Shown here one piece after another: positions 50,030 to 61,258 of a DNA stretch of 64,000 bases. Each line of letters opens with the position of its first letter. Positions within the stretch are counted from its first letter, which is position 1. The DNA lies in contig OZ253555.1 in NCBI GenBank assembly GCA_965262725.1, forward strand, positions 1,920,001-1,984,000, read 5' to 3'. The stretch comes from Dehalococcoidia bacterium. Its GTDB lineage: Bacteria > Chloroflexota > Dehalococcoidia > UBA2979. The notes beneath the pieces are model-generated. The model saw only the letters and a list, made by a program, of their open reading frames with translations. It was not told where the DNA came from and made no database searches. A program made the position numbers and the translations under genes.

Positions 50030-51340
50030 CTACGAGGGGGGCGGCCGCTCCCCATCCGCCGCCCCCGCGCTTTCCTCCGCGGCTGGCTGCTCGAGGGCGG
50101 CGTCCTGCCGGTAGCTGAACGCAAGCGCGGTCTCCTCGATCTCCGGCTCCGCGCCCGGATAGAGCCGCCTCAGATCCCACTCGTTGATCCAGCGCCGGAC
50201 GAAGGAGCGGATCGTGCGGCGGCCGCCCTGTCCGATGCCCGTCTCGATCTCGGGAGCGGTCCAGTCGTAGGCCCGGGAGTGGATCCCGAGCAGCTGGCGG
50301 TAGAGATCCCTGAGCATCGCCTCCCCGGGCTCGGCCAGCAGGTGCTGGTTCCGCTCCAGAAGCCGCATGCCGATCTCGGCGCGCGAGGCGGCGAGGTCGT
50401 CGGGAGCGCGCCCGCGCGCCCGGAGACGGGGCAGGGCCTGCCGCCGGTCGTCCTTCTCATCGAGGACCACCGCCGCGAAGTCGGCCGTGACCGTCCCCAC
50501 CATGACGAGACCGGGGTAGCGCTCCCGGACATCCTGCCCCATCCAGCGGGTGAGTTCGGCGTAGGAGCGCGCACGCTGCAAGATACTGTAGTTGGCGACG
50601 AGCTCGATCTCGTCGATCAGGACCACCCAGCCGCGGTAGCCAGCGGCGCGGATCAATTCCAGCACGAATCGGAGTCGCTGCGGCGGGAGCTCGCGCTGGA
50701 GCGGGGCGCGGAATGCGTAGTTCGCGAGCCGGCCAGCCTCCCGCAGCCCGTCGCGGACGCGCCGAACCGCCATCCGCTCCCCCGACCAGAACCAGGCGAT
50801 CTCGCTCGCGAGCTCGAGATCGCGGCTGTGCTCGTGCACCGTGAGCGTGGCCGGGAAGATGCGGTGCAGCCCGTTACTATCCTCGTCGGCCCACCGCACG
50901 AACTCCCGGTAGCGCGCCGAGTCGTGATCGAGCCTCTGGGCCAGCTCCTCGACCATCTGCCCGGTGGTGTTCGGGACGCGGCCGCTGACGACCGCGGCGC
51001 GGAAGACCTTGTCGAGGTCGAAGAGCGGCGTCTCCTTGCTGATCACGACCCGGCTGCAGACGAAGCCACGCTCCAGAGCCAGCGACTCGAGTCCCCCCAG
51101 GAGGTGCGACTTCCCGGCACCGAACTCACCGGCGACCAGCATCCCCTCGCCCGACGGCGGCCGGGTGTCCCCCGACGCGCGGTCGAGTATCGCGCGGACA
51201 TCGCGCTCGACGGCGGGCTGGTTGGAGCCGAGAACGGCCACGGCGTCTCGATTGGGAACGCCGTGACGCAGCGCCTCCAGGGCGCGGCGGCAGGCCAGCC
51301 TCTCCGCCGAGGGGTCCGTGCGCGGGGACTCTGCTCTCAT
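50030..51340 (-). CDS. BrxD/DUF2791-like P-loop ATPase
   Basis: ALEALRHGVP, Walker A GEFGAGKSH, Walker B VVLIDEIE; ATG at 51340. Confidence 0.8.
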   Translation of the reverse strand: MRAESPRTDPSAERLACRRALEALRHGVPNRDAVAVLGSNQPAVERDVRAILDRASGDTRPPSGEGMLVAGEFGAGKSHLLGGLESLALERGFVCSRVVISKETPLFDLDKVFRAAVVSGRVPNTTGQMVEELAQRLDHDSARYREFVRWADEDSNGLHRIFPATLTVHEHSRDLELASEIAWFWSGERMAVRRVRDGLREAGRLANYAFRAPLQRELPPQRLRFVLELIRAAGYRGWVVLIDEIELVANYSILQRARSYAELTRWMGQDVRERYPGLVMVGTVTADFAAVVLDEKDDRRQALPRLRARGRAPDDLAASRAEIGMRLLERNQHLLAEPGEAMLRDLYRQLLGIHSRAYDWTAPEIETGIGQGGRRTIRSFVRRWINEWDLRRLYPGAEPEIEETALAFSYRQDAALEQPAAEESAGAADGERPPPS

Positions 51341-51342
51341 GC

Positions 51343-52299
51343 TCAGTCCCCCAGCCGCACCAGCGCCGACATCGGGTTGAAGCGCCGCCGGTCCCGGACC
51401 TCCTCGGCGATTCGCCCCATGAGCGCGCGGTAGATCACGAGCCCCCGGCCGCGCTCGTCGGGGTCGAGAAAGTCGCCCGAGACGAGCACGACGAGGAGCA
51501 GGCCGGGCAGGCGGTCGGTGCTGTCGATGAGCTCGCGCAGCACCTCGTAGTGATCCATGACGGCGGGCCGCGTGTAGTAGCGCGATCCGTCGCGGGGGTT
51601 GCGCCTCACGGTGACCCGAGCGTCGTCCATCACCAGCAGCGTCCCGGGATGGCCGCAGAAGCGGACCCAGTACAGCAGCGATTCGAAGAAATGACGGGCA
51701 TTCGTGCGCATGATGGTGTTGTAGATGGAGTACGGCCGAACGGGGGAGACGCGCCGGTTGCGACCGGTCAGCCACTCGACCAGCGGCGCCGCACTCTCGC
51801 CGCGCCCGTCCATCTCCGCGAGCAGGAGGTGGGTCATCGCGAAGCGAAAGTCGCGAGACATCCCGCGGTTCTCGCGGACCGCATCGGGCACGAGCCTTCG
51901 CAGCTCCAGGGCGATCTGCCCCTCGTCGACGCCGTTGTCGTCCGCGATCACCCGCAGGATCGGCGCCTCTGCGAGCGGATCGACGCTGCCGCAGCGGTAC
52001 GGCAGCTCGCCCTCGCAGAGGCGTACGATCGCCCGCCGCGCCAGGAGTCGCCAGTCGACCTGGTCGGCGACCGCGAAGAAGATGTCCTGCGGCATGTGCA
52101 CCCGCGTCTCTCGGGCGTCGACGCGGACGGACACGTAGTCAAGCTCGTCGGCCAGCTGCCCCAGCCCGCGAGCGACCAGAGGCGTCAGTCCGTTCTCCGC
52201 CGCCACCACGAACTTGACCGCGGAGCCGCCGTCGCGCACGAAGCCGTCCATGTAGTCATTCCGGATGACCTCGAGCCACCCCCGGGTCGTTGCGCTCAT
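51343..52299 (-). CDS. DUF2791-like paralog with degenerate Walker A
   Basis: YMDGFVRDGGSAVKFVV, LLVMDD and YEVLRELIDSTD; no GKS/T. Confidence 0.7.
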   Translation of the reverse strand: MSATTRGWLEVIRNDYMDGFVRDGGSAVKFVVAAENGLTPLVARGLGQLADELDYVSVRVDARETRVHMPQDIFFAVADQVDWRLLARRAIVRLCEGELPYRCGSVDPLAEAPILRVIADDNGVDEGQIALELRRLVPDAVRENRGMSRDFRFAMTHLLLAEMDGRGESAAPLVEWLTGRNRRVSPVRPYSIYNTIMRTNARHFFESLLYWVRFCGHPGTLLVMDDARVTVRRNPRDGSRYYTRPAVMDHYEVLRELIDSTDRLPGLLLVVLVSGDFLDPDERGRGLVIYRALMGRIAEEVRDRRRFNPMSALVRLGD

Positions 52300-53099
52300 A
52301 CGTCCGCCCCGGAGAACCGGATCCCGTAATAGACAACGGTCTCGCCGCGGGGGTCGATGAAGGTGATCGTCCCGCGGGGTGTACGCGTTCCGGTCGATGC
52401 CGGGAACGAAACCCGGGCACCCGACCGCACCTCACGGACGCCGCTCTCCTCCAAGTGGTAGAGATCGCGGGCGAAATCCAGCTGCGTGTACTCCCGCCCC
52501 GTCCCGGGCAGGCCCGTGAAGAGCCGATAGATGCGGTCGAGCCGGATCACCTCGCCCACGCCACCGAGCGCGAGCGCGCTGGGTACATCGCTCTGACATA
52601 ACTCAAGGTAGGCGCCGTACAGGGAGTGGAGAAAGGCGCGCGGCTGGAACCGGGCGGGACGCTCCTGCACGCGGATGAGGTCCGCCACCACCCGCGTCGG
52701 GCGCACCGACGCGCTGCGGCGGCGGTCGATCCGGATCGCTCGATCCCCGGCCAGCACGCGCACAATCGAGGGGTGCGCAATCAGCCGGTCATCGCGGCTG
52801 AAAAGCTGGAGCCCCTCCCGGTCGGCGCACGCGACGAGCTCGTCGGAATAGCGAGTGCGCAGGTAGTCGACCTCGCCCTCGGCCGAGAAGGGCCAGGCCT
52901 TCGCCGCCTCGTCGACCCGTGCGCCGATCTGCTCCAGGCCCTCGTCCAGGCGCTCCGTCTCGCGCCGGAGGGCGGCGATGTTGCCGTCCCGTGCGGCGCG
53001 CTTGAGCTGCCTGACCAGCCGGGACATCTCGGAGAGCGCCGCCAGCACCGAGTCCGCCGCCGCCTCGCTCGTCGCGAATCCCTCCTCGAGAGTCGCCAT
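52296..53099 (-). CDS. Hypothetical protein with coiled-coil N-terminus, first gene of the DUF2791 operon
   Basis: ATG at 53099; ATGA overlap with the next gene. Confidence 0.7.
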   Translation of the reverse strand: MATLEEGFATSEAAADSVLAALSEMSRLVRQLKRAARDGNIAALRRETERLDEGLEQIGARVDEAAKAWPFSAEGEVDYLRTRYSDELVACADREGLQLFSRDDRLIAHPSIVRVLAGDRAIRIDRRRSASVRPTRVVADLIRVQERPARFQPRAFLHSLYGAYLELCQSDVPSALALGGVGEVIRLDRIYRLFTGLPGTGREYTQLDFARDLYHLEESGVREVRSGARVSFPASTGTRTPRGTITFIDPRGETVVYYGIRFSGADV

Positions 53100-53189
53100 C
53101 GCCACCCCGCTCGCGAGCGTCCGGCCCCGCCGGCCCCGTACGCTACGCCAACGCGCCCACAGGCGCAGCCCCTCTCGCCCACGATGCGG

Positions 53190-53402
53190 GACACGCCGCT
53201 CGCCAACATCGGCTGCCTCGCCGTCTTCCAGGTGGCGGGGTCGGACGCACGGCAGCTCGTCTGGGAGCTCGATCGCGACCGCGTCTCCGAGGAGGACCTC
53301 GTCTCGTTGCCCGTGCACCACGCCTACGTGCGGGCGACGGTGGGCACGGAGCGCACGCCCGCCTCGGTGGAGGTGCTCAAGCCCGAAGAAGGGAACCCCG
53401 GC
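53190..53402 (+). pseudogene. Fragment resembling a TraD/VirD4-like coupling protein C-terminus
   Basis: LANIGCLAVFQVAGSDARQL...EDLVSLPVHHAYVR. Confidence 0.5.
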
Positions 53403-53407
53403 AGGGT

Positions 53408-53620
53408 GTCCTCGCGATAGCCGTCCTGCACGGCCACCAGCTCCTCGCAGCCGTCCGGGCGCACCCCGACCAACACCAGGCAGCAGAGCCGGTCCTCCTC
53501 GAGACGCACGGTGAAGTGGACGCCGTCCGCCCAGAGGTAGACGTAGTCGACCTCTGCCAGTCTGCGTCGCTGGCAGCGCTCGTGCTCGGCCTGCCACGCC
53601 TCCGTGAGCCGCCCCACGGT
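53408..53620 (-). pseudogene. IS256-family transposase internal fragment
   Basis: YVYLWADGVHFTVRLEEDRLCCLVLVGVRPDG..ELVAVQDGYRE. Confidence 0.85.
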
Positions 53621-53639
53621 CGCTGTTGCGATCGCTCTA

Positions 53640-54967
53640 GGGCACTTCGAAGAATGACTATATCGTCGGCATGGTGAATGATATACTGTAGCCATCAGTG
53701 TCATGGTTACGGGGGATGATATGGGCCAACTTGGATTCTTCAATGTGGACGACCGCTACGACGCTCTCGACGCCAAGGGCGACCCACTCGCCAAGCTCGA
53801 CCAAATCATCCCGTGGGAGCAGTTCAGACCTCAGTTAGAAGCCGTCTGGGCCACGCCCGAAGAAGAGCGTAAATCACCGGCCGGACGCAAGCCATGGGAC
53901 GCAATCGTCATCTTCAAGGGATTGATACTCGGCGTACTCTACAACCTCTCCGATGAACAGATTGAGTATCAGATCCGCGACCGTCTCTCCTTCTCCCGCT
54001 TCTGCGGCACAGGCATCGAAGGCCGGGTGCCCGACGCCACCACCTTCTGGCTCTACCGCGAGCAGTTGACCAGGGCGGGCGCCATCGCCGAGTTGTTCCA
54101 GGCCTTCGACCACTATCTCGCCAGCCAGGGCTACCGCGCCAGTGGCGGACAGATCGTCGACGCCTCGATCGTCTCGGTGCCGATCCAGCGCAACAGCCGC
54201 CGGGAGAACGAGTCGCTCAAGCAGGACCTCATTCCCTCGGAGTGGGTCTTCAATCCGGCGAAGCTGGCCCAGAAAGACCTCGACGCCCGCTGGACGAAGA
54301 AGCACGGGAAGAGTCACTACGGCTACAAGAACCACATCACCATCGATCGGCGCCACAAGCTGGTGCGTTCCTACGCCGTCACCGATGCCGCGGTCCATGA
54401 CAGCCAGGTGATCGACCAGCTGCTCGACTCTCCGAACACGTCACCCGATGTGTGGGCAGACCGTGCCTATCGGTCGCGGGCGATTGAGGCAATGCTCACG
54501 GAGAAAGGTCTGACGAGCCGCATCCATCGGAAGGCCGCTGCCAACCGGCCGTTGACGGCGGCTGAGGAGGCGGTCAACCGGGGATGGTCGCAAGTACGGG
54601 CCCGGGTTGAGCACATCTTCGGCTCGCAGACGAACGAGATGGGCGGCACGCACATCCGTACGATCGGCGTGCGGCGGGCAGTGACGCAGATCGGCTTCAA
54701 GAACCTGGCGTACAATATTCGCCGTCTGGCGCACCTCGAACACCGCCGTACGGCTGCCGCGGCCTAGCTTGCCGCCACCCGTCCACAGACCTCACACCAG
54801 CCTCTAGTTCGGTGCTTTGACAGTCCCGTTTAACTGTCAATTATCCCGCTTCACCTATGCTCTCGCGGACTCACCCACACCCCCTGGGGTCTCCTCAGCT
54901 ACGCCCTCTGCCCCCTCGTGCCCTCACCGATACCTTCATCAACAATCGCGAGTTCTTCGAGGTGCCC
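53640..54967 (+). mobile_element. IS5-family element, copy 2 (transposase 53703..54767)
   Basis: Near-identical to 28442-29769; no matching target duplication. Confidence 0.9.
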
Positions 54968-55001
54968 TGGGGGGTGTTTACATATGAGGAATACGGCACG
55001 A

Positions 55002-55445
55002 TCAGGTGCTCGTAGTTAGCGGTAGGTAGTTGTCAGCGGATCGTACCTGCAGCGCCAGCAAGCCGTTCTCTGGATCGTAGGTCATCGCGCAACGGTCCAG
55101 TACATCGCGCCCCAGCAGGGAGTCGGACACGTTGTTCATCTTGGCAATGAACACTACCTGCTCGTAAGCGACGATCGACTTCGTATCGTCACAGGCGAAG
55201 ATGATAGACCCATGCTCTCCGTAGCATGATAGACCGCCGCCGACACCGCCGAAGTCTTGATCACCTGCGAGGTTGGCGAGCTGCCCCTGCAGGATGCGCG
55301 AAGCATCGGGAAGCGACAGCACCGACGCATCGGCGCCCGTGTCAACGAGAAACTCGACAATCCCTACGCTGCCGAGTCTCGGAAACGAGATGACGGCGCG
55401 AAGTCGTGGCCGCCCGCCGGGGCCGAAGTAGCCGCGCAGGATCAC
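55002..55445 (-). CDS. Retropepsin-like aspartyl protease
   Basis: FLVDTGAD and LLGRDVL motifs; GTG start overlaps the upstream TGA. Confidence 0.85.
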   Translation of the reverse strand: MILRGYFGPGGRPRLRAVISFPRLGSVGIVEFLVDTGADASVLSLPDASRILQGQLANLAGDQDFGGVGGGLSCYGEHGSIIFACDDTKSIVAYEQVVFIAKMNNVSDSLLGRDVLDRCAMTYDPENGLLALQVRSADNYLPLTTST

Positions 55446-55726
55446 AGAATCAGTAGTTGTTCCGTCGCGGTCAGGAACTTCACGACCGCCCTCCGTCGAG
55501 GCAGATCCTTGGCGTCGAGCAGATCCAATACCGCATCGAAAGCCTCGCCGTGTGCGACGACCTCGCCGTCGAGGATGGCAACCCACTGCTCCGCGTACTG
55601 CTCGAGAAGTTGCACCTTGCTCTCGTTGAACACCCGCACATCGTCCCCGAACTGTTCGAGTTCCTGGCACATGAGGGCTGGCGGGTAGCCCTCGAGGCCG
55701 CGCTGGTCCTTCTGAGTCTTGGCCAT
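55442..55726 (-). CDS. DUF5678-like small protein
   Basis: LLEQYAEQWVAILDGEVVAHG; AGGAG RBS. Confidence 0.75.
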   Translation of the reverse strand: MAKTQKDQRGLEGYPPALMCQELEQFGDDVRVFNESKVQLLEQYAEQWVAILDGEVVAHGEAFDAVLDLLDAKDLPRRRAVVKFLTATEQLLIL

Positions 55727-55849
55727 GTTGGACACTCCTTCGCCGCAGGCTCTTCTTAGAGGATACAGGGTACTGACCGGGGTCGAGCTGCGCGGGCAGG
55801 GGAAGCGACTGACGGCGCGCTGCCCGTTCCACGAGGACCGCACCCCGAG

Positions 55850-58188
55850 CTGGCGATCGCCGCGGCGCTCGATTGCCATCCGGTCACCGTCGGCAAGTGG
55901 CGCCGGCGCTTTGCACAGTGGCGGCTCGATGGGCTACAGGATGAGCCGCGCCCCGGGGCGCCGCGCACGATCACCGATGCACAGGTGGAAGCGGTGATCG
56001 TCACGACGCTGGAGGAGCAGCCTCCCAACGCGACGCACTGGTCGACCAGATCGATGGCAGCCGCGCTCGGGATGTCGCAGTCGGGGATCTCCAGGATCTG
56101 GCGCGCCTTCGGCCTGAAGCCGCGCCTCGTGGAGAGCTTCAAGCTGTCGCCCGACCCGCAGTTCATCGACAAGGTCCGTGACGTGGCCGGGCTCTATCTC
56201 AACCCGCCCGACGCGGCGGTTGTGCTGTGCGTGGACGAGAAGACCCAGATCCAGGCACTCGACCGCACCGCTCAGACGGTGCCGATGATGCCCGGCGTCC
56301 CCGCCCGCCAGACGCACGACTACATCCGTCACGGCACGACGAACCTCTACGCGGCGCTCGATGTCGCTTCGGGATGCGTGATCACGGAGATGACCCCCCG
56401 GCACCGGGCTCGGGAGTTCCAGCAGTTCCTCACCCTCATCGACCGCAGCGTTCCCCGTGAGCTGGCGGTGCATGTCGTGCTCGACAACGTCTCCACGCAC
56501 CGCACGCCCGCCATCCAGCGCTGGCTCCAGCGCCATCCCCGCTTCACCTTGCATTTCACGCCGACCTACAGCTCCTGGATGAACCTCGTGGAGCGCTGGT
56601 TTGCAGAGCTCACCAGCAAGTGGCTCCGGCGCGGCACGCACCACAGCGTCCCTGATCTGATCCGCTCAGTGGAGATGTGGGTCGCCAGCTGGAACGAGAA
56701 TCCGAGGCCCTTCATCTGGCACAAGTCCGCGGACCAGATCCTGGACAACCTCACCGGCTATCTAGCAGGGTCGGGAAAAAGGCCCCCTTTGGCGCGGCCA
56801 CGGAGCGAATCACCGCCAAGAGGGCGTATGCGGCGTCATTTCGGGGCCGATTCTGGCCCCCTCCGGGGCTCTCTCAGCCCGTCCGGGCGCCCCGGGACCT
56901 ACTCCGGGCGCACTACGCCCGTGACAGCGCGGCGTCGATATTGGCCACGCGCACCAGGTTGTACGCGGCAGCGCCCATCTCCATCCAGAAACCGTTGACC
57001 TGTTCGCCGATGTAGCGGAGCTTGCGCCCGCCCCCCACGGTCTTCAGCCACCCGAAGCTCTCCTCCACCATCTTGCGCCGGCGCTGACTCACCTCGTAGC
57101 CGGGCGTCTGCGCCACCTCCTCGGGGATGGCGCTGTGCTTCGCTCGCCGTGCCACGTGCGGCACGACCCCGAGTTCGCACAGCCCCTCCACGAAGTGCTT
57201 CGCGTCGTATCCCTTGTCGGCGCCCAGCGTCGCCCCCGGTGTCAGGCTGCGCTCGGCCATGGCCAGCGCCGCATCCCGCTCCGCCCGCCCGTGCGCCGTC
57301 GTGAGCTCGACGTCGACGATGAGCCCGTTGCGGTTCTCCGTCATCACATGCCCGATGTAGCTCGGGCGCGCCGCCTGCCCGTTCCCCTTCCGGTACAGGT
57401 GCGCGCCGGGATCGGTCGTGCTGACGTGGGTGTCCCGGTGCCGGCGCTCGCCGCGGAAGTCGACGTCCGGATTGCGGCCCGCAGGCTTGTCCCCGTCCTG
57501 CTCGTCGCGTGACCGGTAGCTCTTGTGCGACGCCCACGCCTCGAGCTGCGACCCGTCGACCGTGAAGTGCTCCTCGGACAGCAGGTTCCGCTCCCTCGCC
57601 TCCCTCACGACTTCCTCGAAGAACCCCCGGGCGATGTCGCCGTCAAGGAGCCGGGAGCGGTTCTTCGAGAACGTGGAGCGGTCGAAGGAACCGGGGTCTC
57701 CCGGGAGGTCGAGGAACCACTTGAACGCCATGTCGGACCGCAGCCGCTCGCAGAACTGGCTCTCGCTACGAATCGAGAAGAAGGCGATGAGGAGTGTCGA
57801 CTTGAGCAGCGTCTCGGGCGGAATCGACGGTCGCCCGGACTCGCTGTAGAGACCGTCGAAGCGCGGGGAGAGATTGGCGAGCGCCCGGTCGACGATGGGC
57901 TTGATGCGTCGGAGCGGGTGGTCGCTGGGGACGAACATCTCCGGGCAGGTGAGAGTGGCGCGGCCCTGGTCCTCGCTCTGTCCTCGCATCGATATCCTCC
58001 CTCGTGGGGGTCCCTCTTGTATGATCGTTAGTATACTCGTCTTATCAGTTACAGTCGACCACTACCTGGGGCTTCTGACAGCTACCGGGGGCGTTTGTTG
58101 CACCCGCGGGGCACCGCCGGCCATGCTCCGGGCACCCAGGGAGAAAATCACAACCCTGCTAGAGCGCATCCCTGACTCAGGACACTAG
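55850..58188 (+). pseudogene. IS630-family transposase, 5' truncated and split near its C-terminus by an IS5
   Basis: TVGKWRRRF, VDEKTQIQAL and PTYSSWMNLVERWF; removing 56766-58162 restores GYLERIPDSGH-stop. Preceded by a CHC2-like relic (CPFHEDRTPS). Confidence 0.88.
56766..58158 (-). mobile_element. Second IS5-family element (transposase 56913..57989)
   Basis: CAGGGT/ACCCTG ends; CTAG duplication (56762-56765, 58159-58162); GRPSIPPE, FTVDGS, LGADKGYD and VEESFGWLK motifs. Confidence 0.9.
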
Positions 58189-58298
58189 TCGGGCGACGAT
58201 CTCGCCCACGGTCGACGACGAGGGTCTCGGCCATGCGGTCTCGTCAACAGGGCCGACACGCTTCTGTAAGATGGTTGTGCGCCGACGTGGAGTGCTGG

Positions 58299-58541
58299 AT
58301 GAGCCGCGACGATGATCTGCGACAGAGAATCCTCAGTGGGCGATCTGACGCAAACATCCGCTTCGAGCAGCTCCGCTCGTTCCTGTTGCGGCTGGGCTTC
58401 ACCGAGCGCGTCCGCGGAAGCCACCATATCTTCAGGCGAGAGGGCGTCCGCGAGCTAATCAACCTGCAGCGCGATGGGAGCCACGCGAAACCCTACCAGG
58501 TACGGCAGGTCCGTCAGGCAATCCTGAGAAACCACCTGTGA
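58299..58541 (+). CDS. hicA: HicA-family toxin
   Basis: LGFTERVRGSHHIF and AKPYQVRQV. Confidence 0.9.
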   Translation: MSRDDDLRQRILSGRSDANIRFEQLRSFLLRLGFTERVRGSHHIFRREGVRELINLQRDGSHAKPYQVRQVRQAILRNHL

Positions 58542-58549
58542 GGAAGCTG

Positions 58550-58762
58550 ATGCACAAGTACGAGGTCATCATCTACTGGAGCAACGAGGACGACACCTTC
58601 GTCGCGGAGGTGCCCGAGCTTCCCGGTTGCAGCGCCCACGGCGACACCAAGGCGTCCGCCCTGCAGAGCGTCGAGCAGGCGATCGACCTCTGGATCGACA
58701 CGGCGCGGGAGTTCGGCGACTCCGTCCCGGACCCCCGCGGTGAACGCCTGATGCTGGCGTAA
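58550..58762 (+). CDS. hicB: HicB-family antitoxin
   Basis: FVAEVPELPGCSAHGDT...VPDP. Confidence 0.92.
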   Translation: MHKYEVIIYWSNEDDTFVAEVPELPGCSAHGDTKASALQSVEQAIDLWIDTAREFGDSVPDPRGERLMLA

Positions 58763-59265
58763 GGCCGCATGAGCGCCCTCGCCGGAGCTGACGGTGAGGC
58801 CGCCGCGCCTGAGTGGCTCGCAGCCTTGGCTGGCAGACCGCGCATGCCCCGACATTGGCCCCGGGACGGCAGATCTTCGTGAGTGCCACCGAGGCGCGTT
58901 ATGGCGGCGTGTCCGCGGAGCATGGCCATGTGGCAGCAAAGCAGGAGCTCTCGACCTGCTGATCCCGGGCAATCGGGGCGTTCGGTGGAAGTTGAGCCGC
59001 CGGCTCCGTCCACTCGATCACGCTGCGTGAGGGCCTTGTGCAGTTGAGTTGCGGGTGGATCGCACCGCCGATTGAGAAGCGTGTCGGAGTGAACACCGCA
59101 GGCCGCGTCGTTGCGAGCGCCTGCGAGTACACTGCCGGACAGAGGAAGGGCCAAGCTGTTGCGATCGCTCTAGTGTCCCGAGTTGCAAATGCTGAAAACA
59201 ATGGGGATTATATACAAAACTGCCACGAGATGATATGATCCTTGTGTAGCAAGGAGAATCCGGAG

Positions 59266-60204
59266 ATGACGCAGAAGGCGCCGGGCCAGTACCACCGCAA
59301 GGGGATGAGCATGCGAGAGTTGTTTCGCTTGTTCCCCGACGACACGACCGCCGAGGACTGGTTCGTAGAGACCCGCTGGGGCGGCTCTCCCGCCTGCACA
59401 GCCTGCGGCTCCCTAGACGTGAAGACCGACGCCGTCCACAAGTCCATGCCCTTCCGCTGCCGCGACTGCAAGAAGCGCTTCAGCGTTCGCACCGGCACGG
59501 CCATGCAGTCCTCGAAGCTTGGCTACCAGACATGGGCGATCGCGATCTACGTGCTCTCGACCTCGCTCAAGGGTGTTTCGTCGATGAAGATGCACCGCGA
59601 CCTCGAGGTCACGCAGAAGTCCGCGTGGCACCTCGTACACCGCATCCGCCAGGCATGGGAGGCGCAGGGCGACCTCAACGGCTTCATCGGCCCCGTCGAG
59701 GCGGACGAGACCTACATCGGCGGTAAGGAGCACAACAAGCACGCGAGCATGAAGCTGCGCGCGGGCCGCGGGCCTGTCGGCAAGACCGCCGTCGCCGGCG
59801 TCAAGGATCGTGTATCAGGCCAGGTGAGCGCCCGCGTCGTCGAGCGCACCGACGGCGCGACGCTCAAGCCGTTCGTCCTCTCGCGCATCGCGCAGGAGGC
59901 CGATGTCTACACGGACGACCACGGCGCGTACCGGGGCCTCCCGAATCACGAGACGGTCGCCCACAGCGTGGGCGAGTACGTCAACGGTCAAGCTCACACG
60001 AACGGTATCGAGTCGTTCTGGTCGATGCTCAAGCGCGGCTACTACGGGACGTACCACCGCATGAGCCCGAAGCACCTCGACCGCTACGTCGCCGAGTTCG
60101 CGGGCCGCCACAACCAGCGCCCGATGGACACGATCGATCAGATGGCCGCGATCTGGCGGGGGATGCAGGGCAAGCGCCTGCGCTACTGTGACCTTGTGGC
60201 CTAG
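59266..60204 (+). CDS. IS1595-family transposase
   Basis: Zn ribbon CTAC/CRDC; VEADETYIGG, YTDD and HTNGIESFWSMLKRG motifs. Confidence 0.95.
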   Translation: MTQKAPGQYHRKGMSMRELFRLFPDDTTAEDWFVETRWGGSPACTACGSLDVKTDAVHKSMPFRCRDCKKRFSVRTGTAMQSSKLGYQTWAIAIYVLSTSLKGVSSMKMHRDLEVTQKSAWHLVHRIRQAWEAQGDLNGFIGPVEADETYIGGKEHNKHASMKLRAGRGPVGKTAVAGVKDRVSGQVSARVVERTDGATLKPFVLSRIAQEADVYTDDHGAYRGLPNHETVAHSVGEYVNGQAHTNGIESFWSMLKRGYYGTYHRMSPKHLDRYVAEFAGRHNQRPMDTIDQMAAIWRGMQGKRLRYCDLVA

Positions 60205-60222
60205 TCGCGTGAGACCCCCGAG

Positions 60223-60567
60223 CTAGGGGTCGATCCGGAGGACGTTATCCAGCCCGCAGGTCCTTGCTGTCGCGGAGAGACGATCCTGCTCGGTGAGGGC
60301 CTCATGGTAGGCTTCGATCATGTCTCGCAGAGAATGGCCATCCCACGTAACGTCCTCGACGGTTGCGCCTGCATCAGCGTAGTTCTTGGCGATAACGCCA
60401 TCCTTGAGGCACACGGCGCGGGGTGTGTCGACGAGAGCCTTCCCAAGCTCCTGTAGCTGGCGTCCAACCGACTGGAGCCGCATCTGCGCGAACCCGCGAG
60501 CCTGCTGGTTCGCAGCAAAGCTCGTCACAAGCTCAGCGATCGCCTGATCGGTCTGCTTGGGGGTCAT
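60223..60567 (-). CDS. Hypothetical passenger protein
   Basis: 114-aa ORF from ATG 60567, convergent on the transposase. Confidence 0.55.
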   Translation of the reverse strand: MTPKQTDQAIAELVTSFAANQQARGFAQMRLQSVGRQLQELGKALVDTPRAVCLKDGVIAKNYADAGATVEDVTWDGHSLRDMIEAYHEALTEQDRLSATARTCGLDNVLRIDP

Positions 60568-60763
60568 ACCGGTGATTGTACCGGAGCGTGTCGCCGCGCG
60601 TACACGCCATTTGTGGTAGCATCCCGCAGCTCTCGCCAGAGCGACCTGCATCGGCACCTCTCAGAGGTCGGGGAGACCCATGTCTCCTCGCGGGGCTGTG
60701 CCGGTGTAAGGGCCATCTGGCGAGAGCGGTCAATCCCCGACCTGCTCCGCGAGGGGGCTCCAC

Positions 60764-61258
60764 GTGCTGTCGTCGCTCATCTTGGCCGTGCTTATCGTGA
60801 TCGCGTCCCACCTCGCTGGCAGCGACCTGAGCGCCCTGTTTCCGGACGACCTGACCGACGAACACCGCGCCCTCGTCAAGAGCGCGGTGCCCGAGCCAGA
60901 TCCGCCGGCCGGGACATTTGACGGGGTGGGGGATTTCACGAGCGACTCCTTTGTGCTCGCCCCCGGCAGATACACTGCCCGCTCCACGTGGCTGGACGCA
61001 GAGCACACCGAGTTCCTCGACCTGTGCAGCATGCAGGTGCTCGACCGCTCGGCGTCGAAGTGGGTCGAGGACCACAGCAAGTACGGCACGTCCATCGTCG
61101 CGATTCGCGACACCTCTGTCGGCTGGAACAAGGAGCGCGGTCACTGGGAGGCGGTGCAGGTGGTCACCTTCACAGCCCGGCTCACAGCGCGCATCGAGCT
61201 CCTGGTGCTCTGCGACGGGGCCTGGCATGTCGAGATCGCCCCCTCGGACGCACCTTGA
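60764..61258 (+). CDS. Hypothetical secreted or membrane-anchored passenger protein
   Basis: Hydrophobic N-terminus; beta-rich C-terminal domain. Confidence 0.6.
   Translation: MLSSLILAVLIVIASHLAGSDLSALFPDDLTDEHRALVKSAVPEPDPPAGTFDGVGDFTSDSFVLAPGRYTARSTWLDAEHTEFLDLCSMQVLDRSASKWVEDHSKYGTSIVAIRDTSVGWNKERGHWEAVQVVTFTARLTARIELLVLCDGAWHVEIAPSDAP

Noticed and set aside
50030-53597. Long ORF starts at 51775 and 53597
   Set aside because: They overlap neighbouring genes or IS256 debris; ATG starts at 51340 and 53099 fit the operon better.
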